DNA of 46,722 nt from a virus. Positions 24,642-36,190 of the stretch are shown here, piece after piece. Each line of letters starts with the position of its first letter. Position 1 is the first letter of the stretch. Position numbers and translations under genes: made by a program. The stretch lies in UHGV virus genome UHGV-0200285; one strand, written 5' to 3'. Under the pieces are notes generated by a model. It had not been told where the DNA came from and ran no database searches. It saw only the letters and a program-made list of their open reading frames with translations.

Positions 24642-27022
24642 TAGATTGACTCCCCCACCTGAGCATCAGTCAATGCCTTGTGCCATATTCTGAAATTCCT
24701 TACATGACCAAATAAATGACGTAACCCGGCTGTAGTCTGGCCTCCAATACGGATAATTGCGGTGTTCTGAATACAGGACCATGTGGTTTTTGTTTCGCTG
24801 GATATACGCCCGTTACTTACTGCGCATGTAGACTGATCAGACTTTACACGCATCCCCATAACCATTTTTTCAAGTGATGCATTTTCGTTTATCCGTCTGT
24901 TAGACCCACCAATATCGCAATAAGGAAATCCGTCGTAATCTGCTGAAGAACCGAAGCCAAGAATAATAGCCGCTCCGGTTTGATGACCGCCGGTATCAAA
25001 AACACGCGGTGCTGCATTTGGCGTTTTATACCAGTTCTTATGTACCTCACAAAGAACCGTAAAAGGAAGATTATAAAGATTATTCTTAATGGGAACTGTG
25101 ACTATATCGCTTGCGCGGGTCGCCGCCGTCGTTCCTGATATAATAAAAGATGATACACAAGGCCCATTTTCTACTTGTGGGGTGGCCAGATAAATATAGT
25201 CACCAGATACGGTTGCCCCGCCCTGCTTAGGAGAATACTGTATCTGAGAACCTATTTTTAACTCCCCATCAATTGCCTGAATTGTTGCCTCTGCAAAAAT
25301 CCATCCGATAACTTCGTCCTTTCTGACTCTCGCTGTAATCCTTGAGGCAGCGCCGCCTGTCATATTAATTTCAAGCGTTTGTGTATCAATATACACATCA
25401 CCAAGAAAAGTTGTTGCGCTACCGTCATATTTATCAAATCGGATACGCAACCTTACCTGCAGTTCTGTTTTAAAACGACATGAGGTTGTCACGTATTTAT
25501 TATCGTCTGAGACATCAACTGACTTTGTTGCAGCAATTGATGCCATATTAATGGCTGAGGTTTGCCCAATCAGAGAATCGTTACAGACAAACTTTCCATA
25601 GGTAAAACCAAAACTATCCGTCCCGGTTTCGGGAACATCCATATTTGACGATCGCCCCCAACTGGCAGGGCTTTCCGAATTGAGCATGTAGTTCGTTCTT
25701 TGCCCCTCAATAAGCAGGCCATCACGTTCAAACCGTGGCTCGTCAATGGCAGCCTCTGTCAGCACACCAGATTTATTAATATAGGTTGCTTTCGATGCGC
25801 GTTTAAACTTAACAACCTTGTCGCCAGGCATCGTTATTTCATCATCACCAATAACAATCTTTTTATATGACGGCGAAAAGCCCGTAATCATATCCAGCGA
25901 ATCGTTAAATGGTATCCACACATCAGGCAGCGGCTGTAAGACATATTTATACGGCTCCGCAGCCTGGCTTGCGTACTCTCTGGCTGCATCTTCGCTTGCT
26001 TTAGCTGCCGTCTGGCTTGCTGCCGATGCTTTCGCTGAGTTCGCAGCCGCTGTTTCGCTCACCTTTGCGTTGGTTTCACTGGTTTTTGCTGCTTTTTGAC
26101 TGTTAGCTGATGCAGTGGCAGAAGCAGCAGCCGCGCTTGCAGAACCAGCTGCAGCACTCTCGCTTTCGGCTGCTGCATCCTGACTGCTTTTCGCCGCAGT
26201 TTCGCTGGCTTTGGCATTCGTTTCGCTGGTCTTCGCTGCCGTCTGGCTGGACTTTGCGTTAGTTTCACTCGTCTTCGCTGCTTTCTGACTGTTAGCCGCA
26301 GCAGTTGCTGATCCAGCAGCTGAAGTCGCAGAACCGGCTGCCGCGCTCTCGCTTTCGGCTGCTGCATCCTGACTGCTTTTCGCCGCAGTTTCACTGGCTT
26401 TGGCATTCGTTTCGCTGGTTTTCGCTGCCGTCTGGCTGGACTTTGCGTTGGTTTCGCTCGTCTTTGCGGCTGTCTCGCTATTTTTCGCGTTGGTTTCTGA
26501 TTTTTTGGCTGCTGTCGCGGAGTTTTCTGATGCAGTCTGTGAGGTCGCTGCCGCCTGTGCACTATTAGCTGCATTCGTTTCTGAGGTTTTCGCCGCGTTC
26601 TTCGATGATGCCGCTGCAGTTTCGGATTTCTTTGCCGCCGCTGCGCTCTGAGAGGCGGCTTCGGCGTTGCGTGCCGCTTCTTCCACCATTTCCTCAAAAC
26701 GACGCAATGCCTCCGGCATGACATCATCTTCCGTCATGGCACCGAGAAAATCATTCAGCGTACCTGGTCTGGAACCTTCATAGACGGTAATGGTTCCGGC
26801 ATGTGAAGGCGGAAAACCTTCAACAAGCAGGATAACGCTGTACTGGCCATACTCAACATCCATGCTGTAACGCCCGGCTTCATCCGGATTTTCAGAGGCC
26901 ACCGTGTTCACCAGTACCGTGGTGCTGTTACGCTTTGCCTTCAGTTGAATAGTGCAGTTCTGTATTGGTTTTCCCGCACCATCTTTCAGCACACCTGAGA
27001 TTTTTACTGCTGCCATATCCAC
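24641..27022 (-). CDS. stf: side tail fibre protein Stf-like with internal tandem repeats
   Basis: 793 aa; lambda Stf-like N-terminus (MAAVKISGVLKDGAGKPIQNCTIQLKA); long Ala/Ser/Thr/Lys repeat region; distinct C-terminal domain. Confidence 0.75.
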   Translation of the reverse strand: MDMAAVKISGVLKDGAGKPIQNCTIQLKAKRNSTTVLVNTVASENPDEAGRYSMDVEYGQYSVILLVEGFPPSHAGTITVYEGSRPGTLNDFLGAMTEDDVMPEALRRFEEMVEEAARNAEAASQSAAAAKKSETAAASSKNAAKTSETNAANSAQAAATSQTASENSATAAKKSETNAKNSETAAKTSETNAKSSQTAAKTSETNAKASETAAKSSQDAAAESESAAAGSATSAAGSATAAANSQKAAKTSETNAKSSQTAAKTSETNAKASETAAKSSQDAAAESESAAAGSASAAAASATASANSQKAAKTSETNAKVSETAAANSAKASAASQTAAKASEDAAREYASQAAEPYKYVLQPLPDVWIPFNDSLDMITGFSPSYKKIVIGDDEITMPGDKVVKFKRASKATYINKSGVLTEAAIDEPRFERDGLLIEGQRTNYMLNSESPASWGRSSNMDVPETGTDSFGFTYGKFVCNDSLIGQTSAINMASIAATKSVDVSDDNKYVTTSCRFKTELQVRLRIRFDKYDGSATTFLGDVYIDTQTLEINMTGGAASRITARVRKDEVIGWIFAEATIQAIDGELKIGSQIQYSPKQGGATVSGDYIYLATPQVENGPCVSSFIISGTTAATRASDIVTVPIKNNLYNLPFTVLCEVHKNWYKTPNAAPRVFDTGGHQTGAAIILGFGSSADYDGFPYCDIGGSNRRINENASLEKMVMGMRVKSDQSTCAVSNGRISSETKTTWSCIQNTAIIRIGGQTTAGLRHLFGHVRNFRIWHKALTDAQVGESI
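26040..26480. repeat. tandem ~189-bp direct repeat (about 2.2 copies) inside stf
   Basis: CTCGCTTTCGGCTGCTGCATCC recurs at 26158 and 26347; encodes repeated ~63-aa segment. Confidence 0.7.
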
Positions 27023-27080
27023 TCCACAAAAAAGCCCGCCTGAACCGGCGGGCTGTCATAACACTGTGTTACCTGGCTAA

Positions 27081-27680
27081 TCAGAATTTATAACCGACAC
27101 CCACGATGAAACCGTCAGTGCGCCAGTCACCACTGCCGGAACCTTCATAAGCAAGGTCAATGGCCACGGATTCGGTCGGGTTAAACTGCACGCCAGCCCC
27201 CCACGCCAGAGACGTGTTGCTGTGGCGACCGTCATCACTTCCGGTCAGCACATCGTGCGTTTTCCCCTTGTTGTCAGTTACGCGGAGATAATCCCCGGAG
27301 AAGGTCGACACACGGCTGTAAGCCATACCCGCCATCGCATAAGCACTGAACCATTCATTCACGCGTACAGATGGCCCCGCCATCATGCTGAACCAGCGGT
27401 TACGCACGGAATCTTCATGCCAGCGGGTATCGCTGTAATGCGTTTTTTGCTCATCTTTGGCATTGGCATAACTGAATGACGTCACCAGCCCCAGCGTGTC
27501 CGTAAATTCATAACGGTATTTCACGTTAATGCCCTTCAGGTCATCACTGCCTGGCATATCAGTATGGGTCTGAAGATACCCGGCGCTTAGTGTGGACTGA
27601 TGCTCTGCTGCGCTCGCTGGCGTACCAGCGGCAACCAGCCAGACTACTGCGGACAGAATAACAGCACATAATTTACGCAT
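27081..27680 (-). CDS. lom: Lom-like outer membrane protein (Ail/Lom family)
   Basis: 199 aa with signal peptide and beta-barrel alternation ending GVGYKF. Confidence 0.8.
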   Translation of the reverse strand: MRKLCAVILSAVVWLVAAGTPASAAEHQSTLSAGYLQTHTDMPGSDDLKGINVKYRYEFTDTLGLVTSFSYANAKDEQKTHYSDTRWHEDSVRNRWFSMMAGPSVRVNEWFSAYAMAGMAYSRVSTFSGDYLRVTDNKGKTHDVLTGSDDGRHSNTSLAWGAGVQFNPTESVAIDLAYEGSGSGDWRTDGFIVGVGYKF

Positions 27681-27747
27681 AATTACCTCTCGCTTTTCTG
27701 CAATAAAAAAGGCGTCATTTCTGACGCCCGTATTGGGGTTATAAAAT

Positions 27748-30700
27748 TCAGCTGATACTGATGCCTGCGGTGGCTTTCTTCATCACCACAACCAGCAAAT
27801 CGCTGATACTTGCTGTGGGATACCAGTCATTTACCAGCCATGCTGACACCGAAAACTCCAGCGTCATGTGACCGTGACCGGCAGGCATATCAATAACGCC
27901 ACTGTAAATCAGCGTATTATCCAGCGCGGTACGGTTATAAATTTCAGCACCGTTTTTCCGCACTATCAGACGGCATGAGGAGTAAATATCAGTATGCTCT
28001 CTCTCATGTTTAGCGCCGCTGAATGCCACCGCCGGAATAACAATCTGCCGGTCAAACGGCTGATCGTCATAAACCCTGACGGTAATGGTCCCTGATGGCC
28101 ACCGCTCCGGTGCACGGGAGTCCCGGGGGAAAGCTTTGCCCACCGTTTTAACAATATCGCCTTCAATCTGGTTGGCTGACAGTTTTCCCAGAATCCGGCA
28201 GTTCTGATTAATCGTGACATTGTTGAGCGTCCCGGAGTTCGCATTCACGTTACCGCTGATATCTGCATTTTTCGCCGTCAGCCGCCCGTCCGGTGTCAGG
28301 GAAAATGCCGGAGGATTACCGCCGCTGGTAATGGTGGGAGCCGTCAGGTATTTCAGGAACACTTCGTTCATGAATATCTGATCGCCCTGACCAACAAACA
28401 TCGGCTTTGTGTTGCCATTCGCAGGATTAATCATCGCAATCCTGTCCGCCGCCAGCAGCACCTGACTCTGCATACCGTCAGGGGTATTCTCAATACCGGC
28501 ACCAATACCCGCGATATAAAGGCGTCCGTCCTGCATCTGCTGCAGCTTCACAGCCCACATGCTGTTCAGGTTATTATTTGTATCAACCTGAACCTTCTGT
28601 ATCTGCTGGATCGCTGCACTCTGGTCTTCCAGTTTCTTATTGACGGTCTGCGTGATTTCATTGCTGACATCCGTAATGGACATCCTGATTTCAGCCAGGT
28701 CAGGCGCAAGCTGACCGTTATCAATCTGCGTCCACAACTCCTGAGCCAGATGGGTTTTCCCTATCTCTCCTTTGAAAAAATCCAGATAGCCGGATGCATC
28801 ATCACTCGGCTGGCCAACAGCCTCCACAAATGCCGATTTGCCAACGGTGTTCACACTGCGGATGTAAAAATAATAATCATGGCCCGGCCTGATATTGATA
28901 CTGGCAGCTATCCAGTACAGCGCCGTGCCAAGATAGCGCGCTGTGGTTTCAACCTGTCTGATATCCGCAATCCGCTTTTCCGAGAACCAGAATTCAAACT
29001 GTACCGTCGGGTCATAAACGGCAAGATGCGGCGTGGCGGTTATCTGAAAATACCCCGGTGTCAGCTCAATCCGCGACGGTGCTGCCGGTGCGGCAATCCG
29101 GAACGATACCGACGCCGGATCGCCCTGCTGCCCCCAGGCATTTGCCGCCCGGACTGTCAGCCTGTAGTTTCCCAACGCCAGTTGCGTGAAGCGGTATGTG
29201 GTTTCCGTCGTCCGGGCCGTGCTGACCAGCCGCTCACTGCCGTCATCCGCTGCCACGGTCAGGCGAAGCATAAAGCTCACGCCCTTCACCACCTTCGGCG
29301 TGTCCCAGCGCGCCAGCACCTGATATTCCCCGCTGTCTGCGGTGACTTCGGCAGTCAGGTGCTGCACCGCTGGCGGCGTGACACCATTCACCGTGCCGCT
29401 CTGGTCGCCGTCAAAGTGCGCCCCGTTATCCACGATGGCTTCTTTTTCCGGTACATGCTGCACGGCGGTGATGGCATACGTGCCGTCGTCGTTCTCACGG
29501 ATACTCACGCAGCGGAACAGGCGCTGGCGCAGCGTCGGCAGCTTCAGCCCCCACACGCTGTATCCGGCAACGCCGTCAGGAACACGGCTCACTTTTACCT
29601 TCACGCCGTCGGTGACGGACTGGACCTCCACGCTGACCGGATTGCCACTTCCGTCAACCTGGCTTATCAGCGTGGTACCGGAGGATGGCAGCGTGATTTC
29701 ACGGTCGAGCGTCAGCGTCCGGGTCTGGCTGTTTACCGCCAGCACGCGCCCGCCGATGCTGATACCGGCATAGTCATCATCACAGATTTCAATGACATCG
29801 CCCGGCACATGGCGAAGCCCTTCTGCGCCCACGCTGAAGTCCACGGTCTGCGTTTCCAGCAGTTCCGTTTTAATCAGCCACAGCCCGGCGCGGTGCGCCT
29901 GCCCCCGGCTGGTACAGCCAAAGGCATCCATTTTCGTGACGTTACGACCGTAACGGGCAATGGCCTGCGTGTCCTCCACAAGCTCTGTTGCCGTTTCCCA
30001 GCCGTTATTCGGGTCAATCCAGTTCACCTCAACGGCATTATGGCGGTCCTTCAGGGCGCTGAAACTGTAGCGGAACGGCGCGCCATCATCCGGCATCACC
30101 ACATTACTGCGGTTATAGGTCCACACCTTATCCGACGGCCGGTCCTGCACGAACGTCAGCGTCTGCCCGTTCCATACCGGCATACAGCGCATCGCCGAGC
30201 AGAAATCACTGAGCACATCCCACGCCTTGCGCTGTGTGGTCAGGTACGCATTACAGGTGATGCGCGGCTCCGTGCCGCCAAAGCCGTCCGGCACTGACTG
30301 GTCGCAGTACTGGCCGATGACATACAGCGCCCATTTATCCACATCCGCCGCACCAAGACGTTTCCCCATGCCGTAGCGCGGGTGGGTCAGCATATCCCAC
30401 AGACACCAGGCCATGTTGTTGCTGTATGCCGGTTTAAACGTTCCGTCCCAGATACCGCTGTATTGCCGCGTCTGCGGGTTATAGTTCGACGGCACCTGCA
30501 GAATACGCCCGCGCAGATGATAATTACGGCTCACCTGCTGGCTGCCGAACTGCTCCGAGTCCACCTGCACGCCGACCAGTGCCGTGTTCGGGTAGCACTG
30601 TTTCACATCGATAATTTCGGTGTATGACGACCAGAGCGTTTTGTTCTGCAGCTGGTCTGTGGTGCTGTCCGGTGTCATCCTGCGCATCCGGATATTGAAC

Positions 30701-31227
30701 GGGCGCGGCGGCAGGTTATCCACCACCACCGAGGCCAGATACTGCGACGTGGTTTTGCCCTTAATGGTGATGTCTTTTTCTGTCACCCAGCCACCGTTAC
30801 GCTGTATCTGAACCAGCAGGCGGACCTCCGACGGATTCCTGTCCCCCTTTGAGGTGGTTTCCACCAGTGCCTGCACACCGAAGGTAAAGCGCAGACGGTC
30901 GATGTTTGCAGACGTGATAGTCCGGGTGATCGGCGTGTCGTATTTCACTTCCGTACCCAGTACCGTCTCAGAACCTGATGATTCAAATCCCTCCGGCGGT
31001 GACTGCTCCTGCTCACCGGTCCGGAACACCACCGTGACGCCGGAGATATTGGTATTCCCCTCACTGTCCAGCACCGGCGTACTGTTCAGCAGCACGCTTT
31101 TTAATCCGTCCACCGGACCTTCAACCGGCCCTTCGCTGATGGCATCGATCACACTCAGCAGCTGCGTGGACTTCAGGTTGTCCTTCGCTTCGCGCGGGGT
31201 ATGCCCCTTACTGCTGCCTTTACCCAT
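27748..31227 (-). CDS. J: tail tip / host specificity protein J
   Basis: 1159 aa; N-terminus [24 protein letters not shown] matches lambda J from memory; C-terminal part appears divergent. Confidence 0.9.
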   Translation of the reverse strand: MGKGSSKGHTPREAKDNLKSTQLLSVIDAISEGPVEGPVDGLKSVLLNSTPVLDSEGNTNISGVTVVFRTGEQEQSPPEGFESSGSETVLGTEVKYDTPITRTITSANIDRLRFTFGVQALVETTSKGDRNPSEVRLLVQIQRNGGWVTEKDITIKGKTTSQYLASVVVDNLPPRPFNIRMRRMTPDSTTDQLQNKTLWSSYTEIIDVKQCYPNTALVGVQVDSEQFGSQQVSRNYHLRGRILQVPSNYNPQTRQYSGIWDGTFKPAYSNNMAWCLWDMLTHPRYGMGKRLGAADVDKWALYVIGQYCDQSVPDGFGGTEPRITCNAYLTTQRKAWDVLSDFCSAMRCMPVWNGQTLTFVQDRPSDKVWTYNRSNVVMPDDGAPFRYSFSALKDRHNAVEVNWIDPNNGWETATELVEDTQAIARYGRNVTKMDAFGCTSRGQAHRAGLWLIKTELLETQTVDFSVGAEGLRHVPGDVIEICDDDYAGISIGGRVLAVNSQTRTLTLDREITLPSSGTTLISQVDGSGNPVSVEVQSVTDGVKVKVSRVPDGVAGYSVWGLKLPTLRQRLFRCVSIRENDDGTYAITAVQHVPEKEAIVDNGAHFDGDQSGTVNGVTPPAVQHLTAEVTADSGEYQVLARWDTPKVVKGVSFMLRLTVAADDGSERLVSTARTTETTYRFTQLALGNYRLTVRAANAWGQQGDPASVSFRIAAPAAPSRIELTPGYFQITATPHLAVYDPTVQFEFWFSEKRIADIRQVETTARYLGTALYWIAASINIRPGHDYYFYIRSVNTVGKSAFVEAVGQPSDDASGYLDFFKGEIGKTHLAQELWTQIDNGQLAPDLAEIRMSITDVSNEITQTVNKKLEDQSAAIQQIQKVQVDTNNNLNSMWAVKLQQMQDGRLYIAGIGAGIENTPDGMQSQVLLAADRIAMINPANGNTKPMFVGQGDQIFMNEVFLKYLTAPTITSGGNPPAFSLTPDGRLTAKNADISGNVNANSGTLNNVTINQNCRILGKLSANQIEGDIVKTVGKAFPRDSRAPERWPSGTITVRVYDDQPFDRQIVIPAVAFSGAKHEREHTDIYSSCRLIVRKNGAEIYNRTALDNTLIYSGVIDMPAGHGHMTLEFSVSAWLVNDWYPTASISDLLVVVMKKATAGISIS

Positions 31228-31287
31228 TCCTCACGCTCCATAAACGACAAAACCGCCCGCAGGCGGTTTCACATAAAACATTTTGCA

Positions 31288-31959
31288 TCAGCGACCAATC
31301 ACCACAACCTGACCACCATCCCCTTCGTCTGCCGTGCTGATCTCCTGAGAAACCACGCGTGACCCCACGCGCATTTCACCGTACAGAACAGGCAGAACAT
31401 TGCCCTGGGCAACCATGTTATCCAGTGAGGAGAAATAGGTGTTCTGTTTGCCGTTATCCGTTGTCTGTGTACGGGGAGTTCTGGCTTTCGGTGCCAGCAT
31501 CTGCGCCACACCACCGAGCACCATACTGGCACCGAGAGAAAACAGGATGCCGGTCATACCACCGGCCCCAATGGCTGCCCCCCATGCTGCAAGGGTGGCT
31601 CCGGCAGTAAAGAATGATCCGGCAATGGCGGCTGCTCCCAGGACAATCTGGAATACGCCACCTGACTTGGCCCCGGCGACTCTGGGAACAATATGAATCA
31701 CAGCGCCATCAGGCAGAGTCTCATGTAACTGCGCCGTTAACCCGGACGTGCTGACGTCCCGCCCGGCAATCCGTACCTGATACCAGCCGTCGCTCAGTTT
31801 CTGACGAAACGCCGGGAGCTGTGTGGCCAGTGCGCGGATGGCTTCAGCCCCCGTTTTCACACGAAGGTCGATGCGGCGGCCAAATCGTTGCAAATCCCCG
31901 TAAAGGCAGATGCGCGCCATGCCCGGTGACGCCAGAGGGAGTGTGTGCGTCGCTGCCAT
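31288..31959 (-). CDS. I: tail assembly protein I
   Basis: 223 aa, lambda I-like. Confidence 0.85.
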   Translation of the reverse strand: MAATHTLPLASPGMARICLYGDLQRFGRRIDLRVKTGAEAIRALATQLPAFRQKLSDGWYQVRIAGRDVSTSGLTAQLHETLPDGAVIHIVPRVAGAKSGGVFQIVLGAAAIAGSFFTAGATLAAWGAAIGAGGMTGILFSLGASMVLGGVAQMLAPKARTPRTQTTDNGKQNTYFSSLDNMVAQGNVLPVLYGEMRVGSRVVSQEISTADEGDGGQVVVIGR

Positions 31960-32600
31960 TTGTCGGTATACCTCTCTCGTTTGCTCAGTTGTTCAGGAAT
32001 ATGGTGCAGCAGCTCGCCATCACCACAGTAAATGGCGGCATGATTCGGCACCGATGAACCAAAACAGCACAGCAGCACATCGCCCGGTTGTGCTGATGAC
32101 AACGGCACCTGATACAGCCCTGTGGCCTCCAGATTATCCAGATAGAGATTCTGACCGTGACGCCACCAGTCATCCCCGCGATGAAAATCCGGCATCTCAA
32201 TCCCCGCCAGATGATAAGCATCCCGGAACAGCGTGTAACAGTCCGTCACCCCGTGCTCAAAGCGCCGCCCGGTAAGATGCGGCACACAGCGGAATTTATG
32301 AATCTCACCCCGGCAGACCAGCCACCACGGCAAATCGCTCTGCACCTGCAGCCGCCTGTCAGCCTCACTCAGCCAGGGCAGACCACCGGGGTGGCTGTGG
32401 ACCAGCGCCACAATCTCACCCTGCATCTCTGCCCGCAGCCAGTCCTCCGGCGACATCCGGAAATACGCCTCCGGCTCACCGGAGATATTCACGCAGGGAA
32501 AATATCTTTCCCCCTTCGGCGTTCTCACCACGAAGCCGCACGACTCCGCTGGCGCACATCGCCGGGCGTGCGCCAGAATCGCTGATTCTGTCTCTGTCAT
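31857..32600 (-). CDS. K: tail tip assembly protein K (MPN/JAMM plus NlpC/P60-like)
   Basis: ORF 31857..32675; ATG at 32600 (MTETES) 4 nt after L stop; HSHPGGLPWLSEAD JAMM motif; start uncertain (alternative Met near 32456). Confidence 0.75.
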   Translation of the reverse strand: MTETESAILAHARRCAPAESCGFVVRTPKGERYFPCVNISGEPEAYFRMSPEDWLRAEMQGEIVALVHSHPGGLPWLSEADRRLQVQSDLPWWLVCRGEIHKFRCVPHLTGRRFEHGVTDCYTLFRDAYHLAGIEMPDFHRGDDWWRHGQNLYLDNLEATGLYQVPLSSAQPGDVLLCCFGSSVPNHAAIYCGDGELLHHIPEQLSKRERYTDKWQRRTHSLWRHRAWRASAFTGICNDLAAASTFV

Positions 32601-32604
32601 GGGA

Positions 32605-33303
32605 TTACTGCGAAAGTTTGTTAATGGAAAGGAAGCCGCCAAAGTTGCCGACGTTATTGCGGAACTTACAGCCACTCAGGCATTTGCTGCATTTATCCTT
32701 CGTGATATCGAACGTCGGCTGGTCATATTCATCCGCGACCGCCGGACCGCTATAACCGCACTCATCACCGCGATAGGTCCAGGTGCAGGTGTTGGCCAGC
32801 ATGATGCGCCCCGGAAAAACAGCACCATCCGTTTCCGTCGGCGTGGACAACACAAAGGAGGCACTGACCGCGCTCAGTTCGCTGCACTGCTCGACGCGCC
32901 AGCGGCTGATCACCTCCTGCTCCGGATCGGCATCGCTGTTTCCGTTGACGAAATTCACCGCATCCAGAAAACGGGCGTAAACCTTACGCCTGACCACCGT
33001 TCCGCCGACCAGACTCTGCAGATCTTCCACCATCCCGGTGACCATACCGTACAGGTTAGAAACCGTCAGCGTGGGGCGCGTACTGGCGCCTTTGCCATTC
33101 AGTTCAAAACCGCTCCCCTGAATGGGATACGGCTGATACTGTCGCCCCTGCCAGGTGACCGGCTCACCTTTTTCGTTCTGCTCATTACAGAAAAAATAAC
33201 GTTCTCCACCGACCTCTGTCAGATCGATTTCCCAGAGCACCACGCTGGCCGACTGCTCCGCACGGGTGCATTCATTCAGTGTTTCCTGCCGGATATCCTG
33301 CAT
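32605..33303 (-). CDS. L: tail tip assembly protein L
   Basis: 232 aa, lambda L-like. Confidence 0.85.
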   Translation of the reverse strand: MQDIRQETLNECTRAEQSASVVLWEIDLTEVGGERYFFCNEQNEKGEPVTWQGRQYQPYPIQGSGFELNGKGASTRPTLTVSNLYGMVTGMVEDLQSLVGGTVVRRKVYARFLDAVNFVNGNSDADPEQEVISRWRVEQCSELSAVSASFVLSTPTETDGAVFPGRIMLANTCTWTYRGDECGYSGPAVADEYDQPTFDITKDKCSKCLSGCKFRNNVGNFGGFLSINKLSQ

Positions 33304-33632
33304 CAGTTCACCACCTGTTCAAACTCTGCGCTGAACTCAACACGCAGCATACTGACCCGCGACGACCATTTTGCGCAGGTCACCTTTATCTGCCTGTAAC
33401 CATAAGGCGGCGTCCACAGAAAGGCCTTCCAGCCCCCGTGCTCAGCCAGAAACGACTCCAGCGCCGTGGCCTCCTCACGGGAGACAGACAGCGTCACGCT
33501 GTACGTTTTCAGGTCAGCGTTCAGCCCGGCAGGCGCACGCTGGGAATAGCCATCACCAAAGCGCACCTCCCTGACGGAAGGAGCCGATGTCACATCCATC
33601 CCGGGTTTCACTTTCCAGCGGAAGGTTTTCAT
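33303..33632 (-). CDS. M: tail tip protein M
   Basis: 109 aa, lambda M-like. Confidence 0.85.
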   Translation of the reverse strand: MKTFRWKVKPGMDVTSAPSVREVRFGDGYSQRAPAGLNADLKTYSVTLSVSREEATALESFLAEHGGWKAFLWTPPYGYRQIKVTCAKWSSRVSMLRVEFSAEFEQVVN

Positions 33633-36190
33633 CGTCCACCTCCGGAGAACAGACCACCATCGCGCATCTGTGCCTGGATTTCATCACGGGCACCCTTGCG
33701 GGCCATGTCATACACCGCCTTCATCATCTGTGGACCTGGCAGACCATTCGTACCGTCGTTCTGAATCACCACGTTGTTGTTCTGCTCAAACCTGATACCC
33801 TCTGAACGCCGCATTTGCGCCGGACTTCCGGTGCCACCGACATAACCGCCGGTGGCATAGCCGCGCATCAGCCGGTAGAGATTTCCCACGCCAATCCGGC
33901 TGGTTGCCTCCTTCGTGAAGACAAATTCACCACGGTGAACAATCCCCGCTGGCTCATATTTGCCGCCGGTTCCCGTAAATCCTCCGGTTGCAAAATGGAG
34001 TTTCGCCGCAGCGGCCTGAATGGCTGTACCGCCTGACGCGGATGCGCCGCCACCAACAGCCCCGCCAATAGCGCTGCCGATACTCCCGACAATCCCCACC
34101 ATTGCCTGCTTAAGCAGAATTTCTGTCATCATGGACAGCACGGAACGGGTGAAGCTGCGCCAGTTCTGTTCACTGCCGGTCAGCATCGCCGCCATATTCT
34201 GCGCAATACCATCAAAGGTCTGCGTGGCAGCACTTTTAACCTGCGACATACTGTCCGTGGCACTCTCTTCCCACTCACTCCAGCCGGACTTCAGGCCTGC
34301 CATCCAGTTCCCGCGAAGCAGGTCTTCAGCCGCCCAGGTCTTTTTCTGCTCTGACATGACGTTATTCAGCGCCAGAGGATTATCGCCATACTGTTCCTTC
34401 AGGCGCTGTTCCGTGGCTTCCCGTTCTGCCTGCCGGTCAGTCAGCCCCCGGCTTTTCGCATCAATAGCGGCCCGTTTTGCCCGTTGCTGCTGTGCGAATT
34501 TATCCGCCTGCTGCGCCAGCGCGTTCAGGCGCTCCTGATACGTAACCTTGTCGCCAAGTGCAGCCAGCTGGCGTTTGTACTCCAGCGTCTCATCTTTATG
34601 CGCCAGCAGGGATTTCTCCTGTGCAGACAGCTGGCGACGTTGCGCCGCCTCCTCCAGTACCGCGAACTGACTCTCCGCCTTCCACAAATCCCGGCGCTGC
34701 TGGCTGATTTTCTCATTTGCTCCGGCATGCTTCTCCAGCGTCCGGAGTTCAGCCTGAAGCGTCAGCAGGGCAGCATGAGCACTGTCTTCCTGACGATCGC
34801 CCGCAGACACCTTCACGCCGGACTGTTTCGGCTTTTTCAGCGTCGCTTCATAATCCTTTTTCGCCGCCGCCATCAGCGTGTTGTAATCTGCCTGCAGGAT
34901 TTTCCCGTCTTTCAGTGCCTTGTTCAGTTCTTCCTGACGGGCGGTATATTTCTCCAGCGGTGTCTGCAGCCGTTCGTAAGCCTTCTGCGCCTCTTCGGTA
35001 TATTTCAGCCGTGATGCTTCGGTATCGCTCTGCTGCTGCGCATTTTTGTCCTGTTGACTCTGCTGTTCAGCCTTCTTTCGGGCGGCTTCAAGCGCAAGAC
35101 GGGCCTTTTCACGATCATCCCAGTAACGCGCCCGCGCTTCATCGTTAACAAAATAATCATCCTTGCGCAGATTCCAGATGTCGTCCGCTTTCTTAAACGC
35201 AGCCTCTGCCTTAATCAGCATCTCCTGAGCGGTATCAGGACGACCAATATCCAGCACCGCATCCCACATGGATTTGAATGCCCGTGCTGTCCTGTCTGCC
35301 CAGGTTTCCAGCGTGCCCATGTTCTCTTTCAGGCGTCGGGTCTGGTCATCAAACCCTTTCGTTGCGGCCTCGTTCGCCGCCTGCAATGCCCCGGATTCAT
35401 CGCCGGAACGCTGCAACTGAGCAACATACGCAATCTGCTCCGCCGTTACGTTATGGAACTGGCGCGCCATCGCCGTCAGCCCCGACGTCGGGTCAGTGGT
35501 CAGCTTCCCGAAGGCTTCAGCGACCTTGTCCACCTCCACGCCGGATGCAGAGGAGAAACGCGCCACACTCTGGCTGATGGATGCAATCTGAGCCTCACCG
35601 CTTACTCCCGCCTTAACCAGTGCGCTGAGTGACTCGCTGGTCTGGTTAAACGTCAGCCCTGCCGCCTGCCCGGCTCTGGACAGGACCAGCATACGATCTG
35701 CCGTCAGACCCGACTGATTGCCGGAAAGGACCAGCGTTTTGTTGAAATCGGACAGGGTTGAGTTACCCTGATACCAGGCATACGCCAGCGCACCGGTCGC
35801 CACCGCCAGCGAGGTGGCCCCGACCATCGGCAGGGTGATCGCACCGGCAAGCCCCCGGAACATGGGGATCATCCCGCCGAAGGAGTCCTTAACCTGACCA
35901 CCCTGTTGCAGCAGGATCAGCCACGGGCTTTGCCCGCCTGCAAGCTGCGTGGCCACGTCGGTGAACTGTGCAGGCAGCATACGCATGGCGGCTTTATACT
36001 GCCCGACGGAAATCCCCGCTTTCTGTGCAGCCAGCGCCTGTCGGCTCAGCGACTGTTCAACGACTGCCGCTGTTTTTTTCGCATCACTTTCCGTACCGGA
36101 AAAATGACGCCTGACTCTGGCCATCTGCTCGTCAAATCTGGCCGCATCCAGACTTAAATCAACGACCAGATCGCCTACCGGTTCAGCCAT
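33629..36190 (-). CDS. H: tail tape measure protein H
   Basis: 853 aa, coiled-coil rich, lambda H length. Confidence 0.9.
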   Translation of the reverse strand: MAEPVGDLVVDLSLDAARFDEQMARVRRHFSGTESDAKKTAAVVEQSLSRQALAAQKAGISVGQYKAAMRMLPAQFTDVATQLAGGQSPWLILLQQGGQVKDSFGGMIPMFRGLAGAITLPMVGATSLAVATGALAYAWYQGNSTLSDFNKTLVLSGNQSGLTADRMLVLSRAGQAAGLTFNQTSESLSALVKAGVSGEAQIASISQSVARFSSASGVEVDKVAEAFGKLTTDPTSGLTAMARQFHNVTAEQIAYVAQLQRSGDESGALQAANEAATKGFDDQTRRLKENMGTLETWADRTARAFKSMWDAVLDIGRPDTAQEMLIKAEAAFKKADDIWNLRKDDYFVNDEARARYWDDREKARLALEAARKKAEQQSQQDKNAQQQSDTEASRLKYTEEAQKAYERLQTPLEKYTARQEELNKALKDGKILQADYNTLMAAAKKDYEATLKKPKQSGVKVSAGDRQEDSAHAALLTLQAELRTLEKHAGANEKISQQRRDLWKAESQFAVLEEAAQRRQLSAQEKSLLAHKDETLEYKRQLAALGDKVTYQERLNALAQQADKFAQQQRAKRAAIDAKSRGLTDRQAEREATEQRLKEQYGDNPLALNNVMSEQKKTWAAEDLLRGNWMAGLKSGWSEWEESATDSMSQVKSAATQTFDGIAQNMAAMLTGSEQNWRSFTRSVLSMMTEILLKQAMVGIVGSIGSAIGGAVGGGASASGGTAIQAAAAKLHFATGGFTGTGGKYEPAGIVHRGEFVFTKEATSRIGVGNLYRLMRGYATGGYVGGTGSPAQMRRSEGIRFEQNNNVVIQNDGTNGLPGPQMMKAVYDMARKGARDEIQAQMRDGGLFSGGGR

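Noticed and set aside
26059-26727. 222-aa Arg/Lys/Gln-rich minus-strand ORF
   Set aside because: Alternate frame of the repetitive stf shaft region; the periodic low-complexity product reflects the DNA repeat, not a gene.
28750-30297. 515-aa plus-strand ORF
   Set aside because: Lies entirely antisense within the J gene, is Arg/His/Pro-rich with low-complexity composition, and has no plausible start context; an artefact of the coding strand opposite.
31857-32675. K starting at the ORF-track position 32675
   Set aside because: That start would overlap the L gene by ~70 nt; the ATG at 32600 directly after the L stop is more consistent, though a shorter 199-aa form from an internal Met cannot be ruled out.
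32599-33399. 266-aa plus-strand ORF
   Set aside because: Antisense to tail genes L and K, which have strong lambda homology; no independent support.
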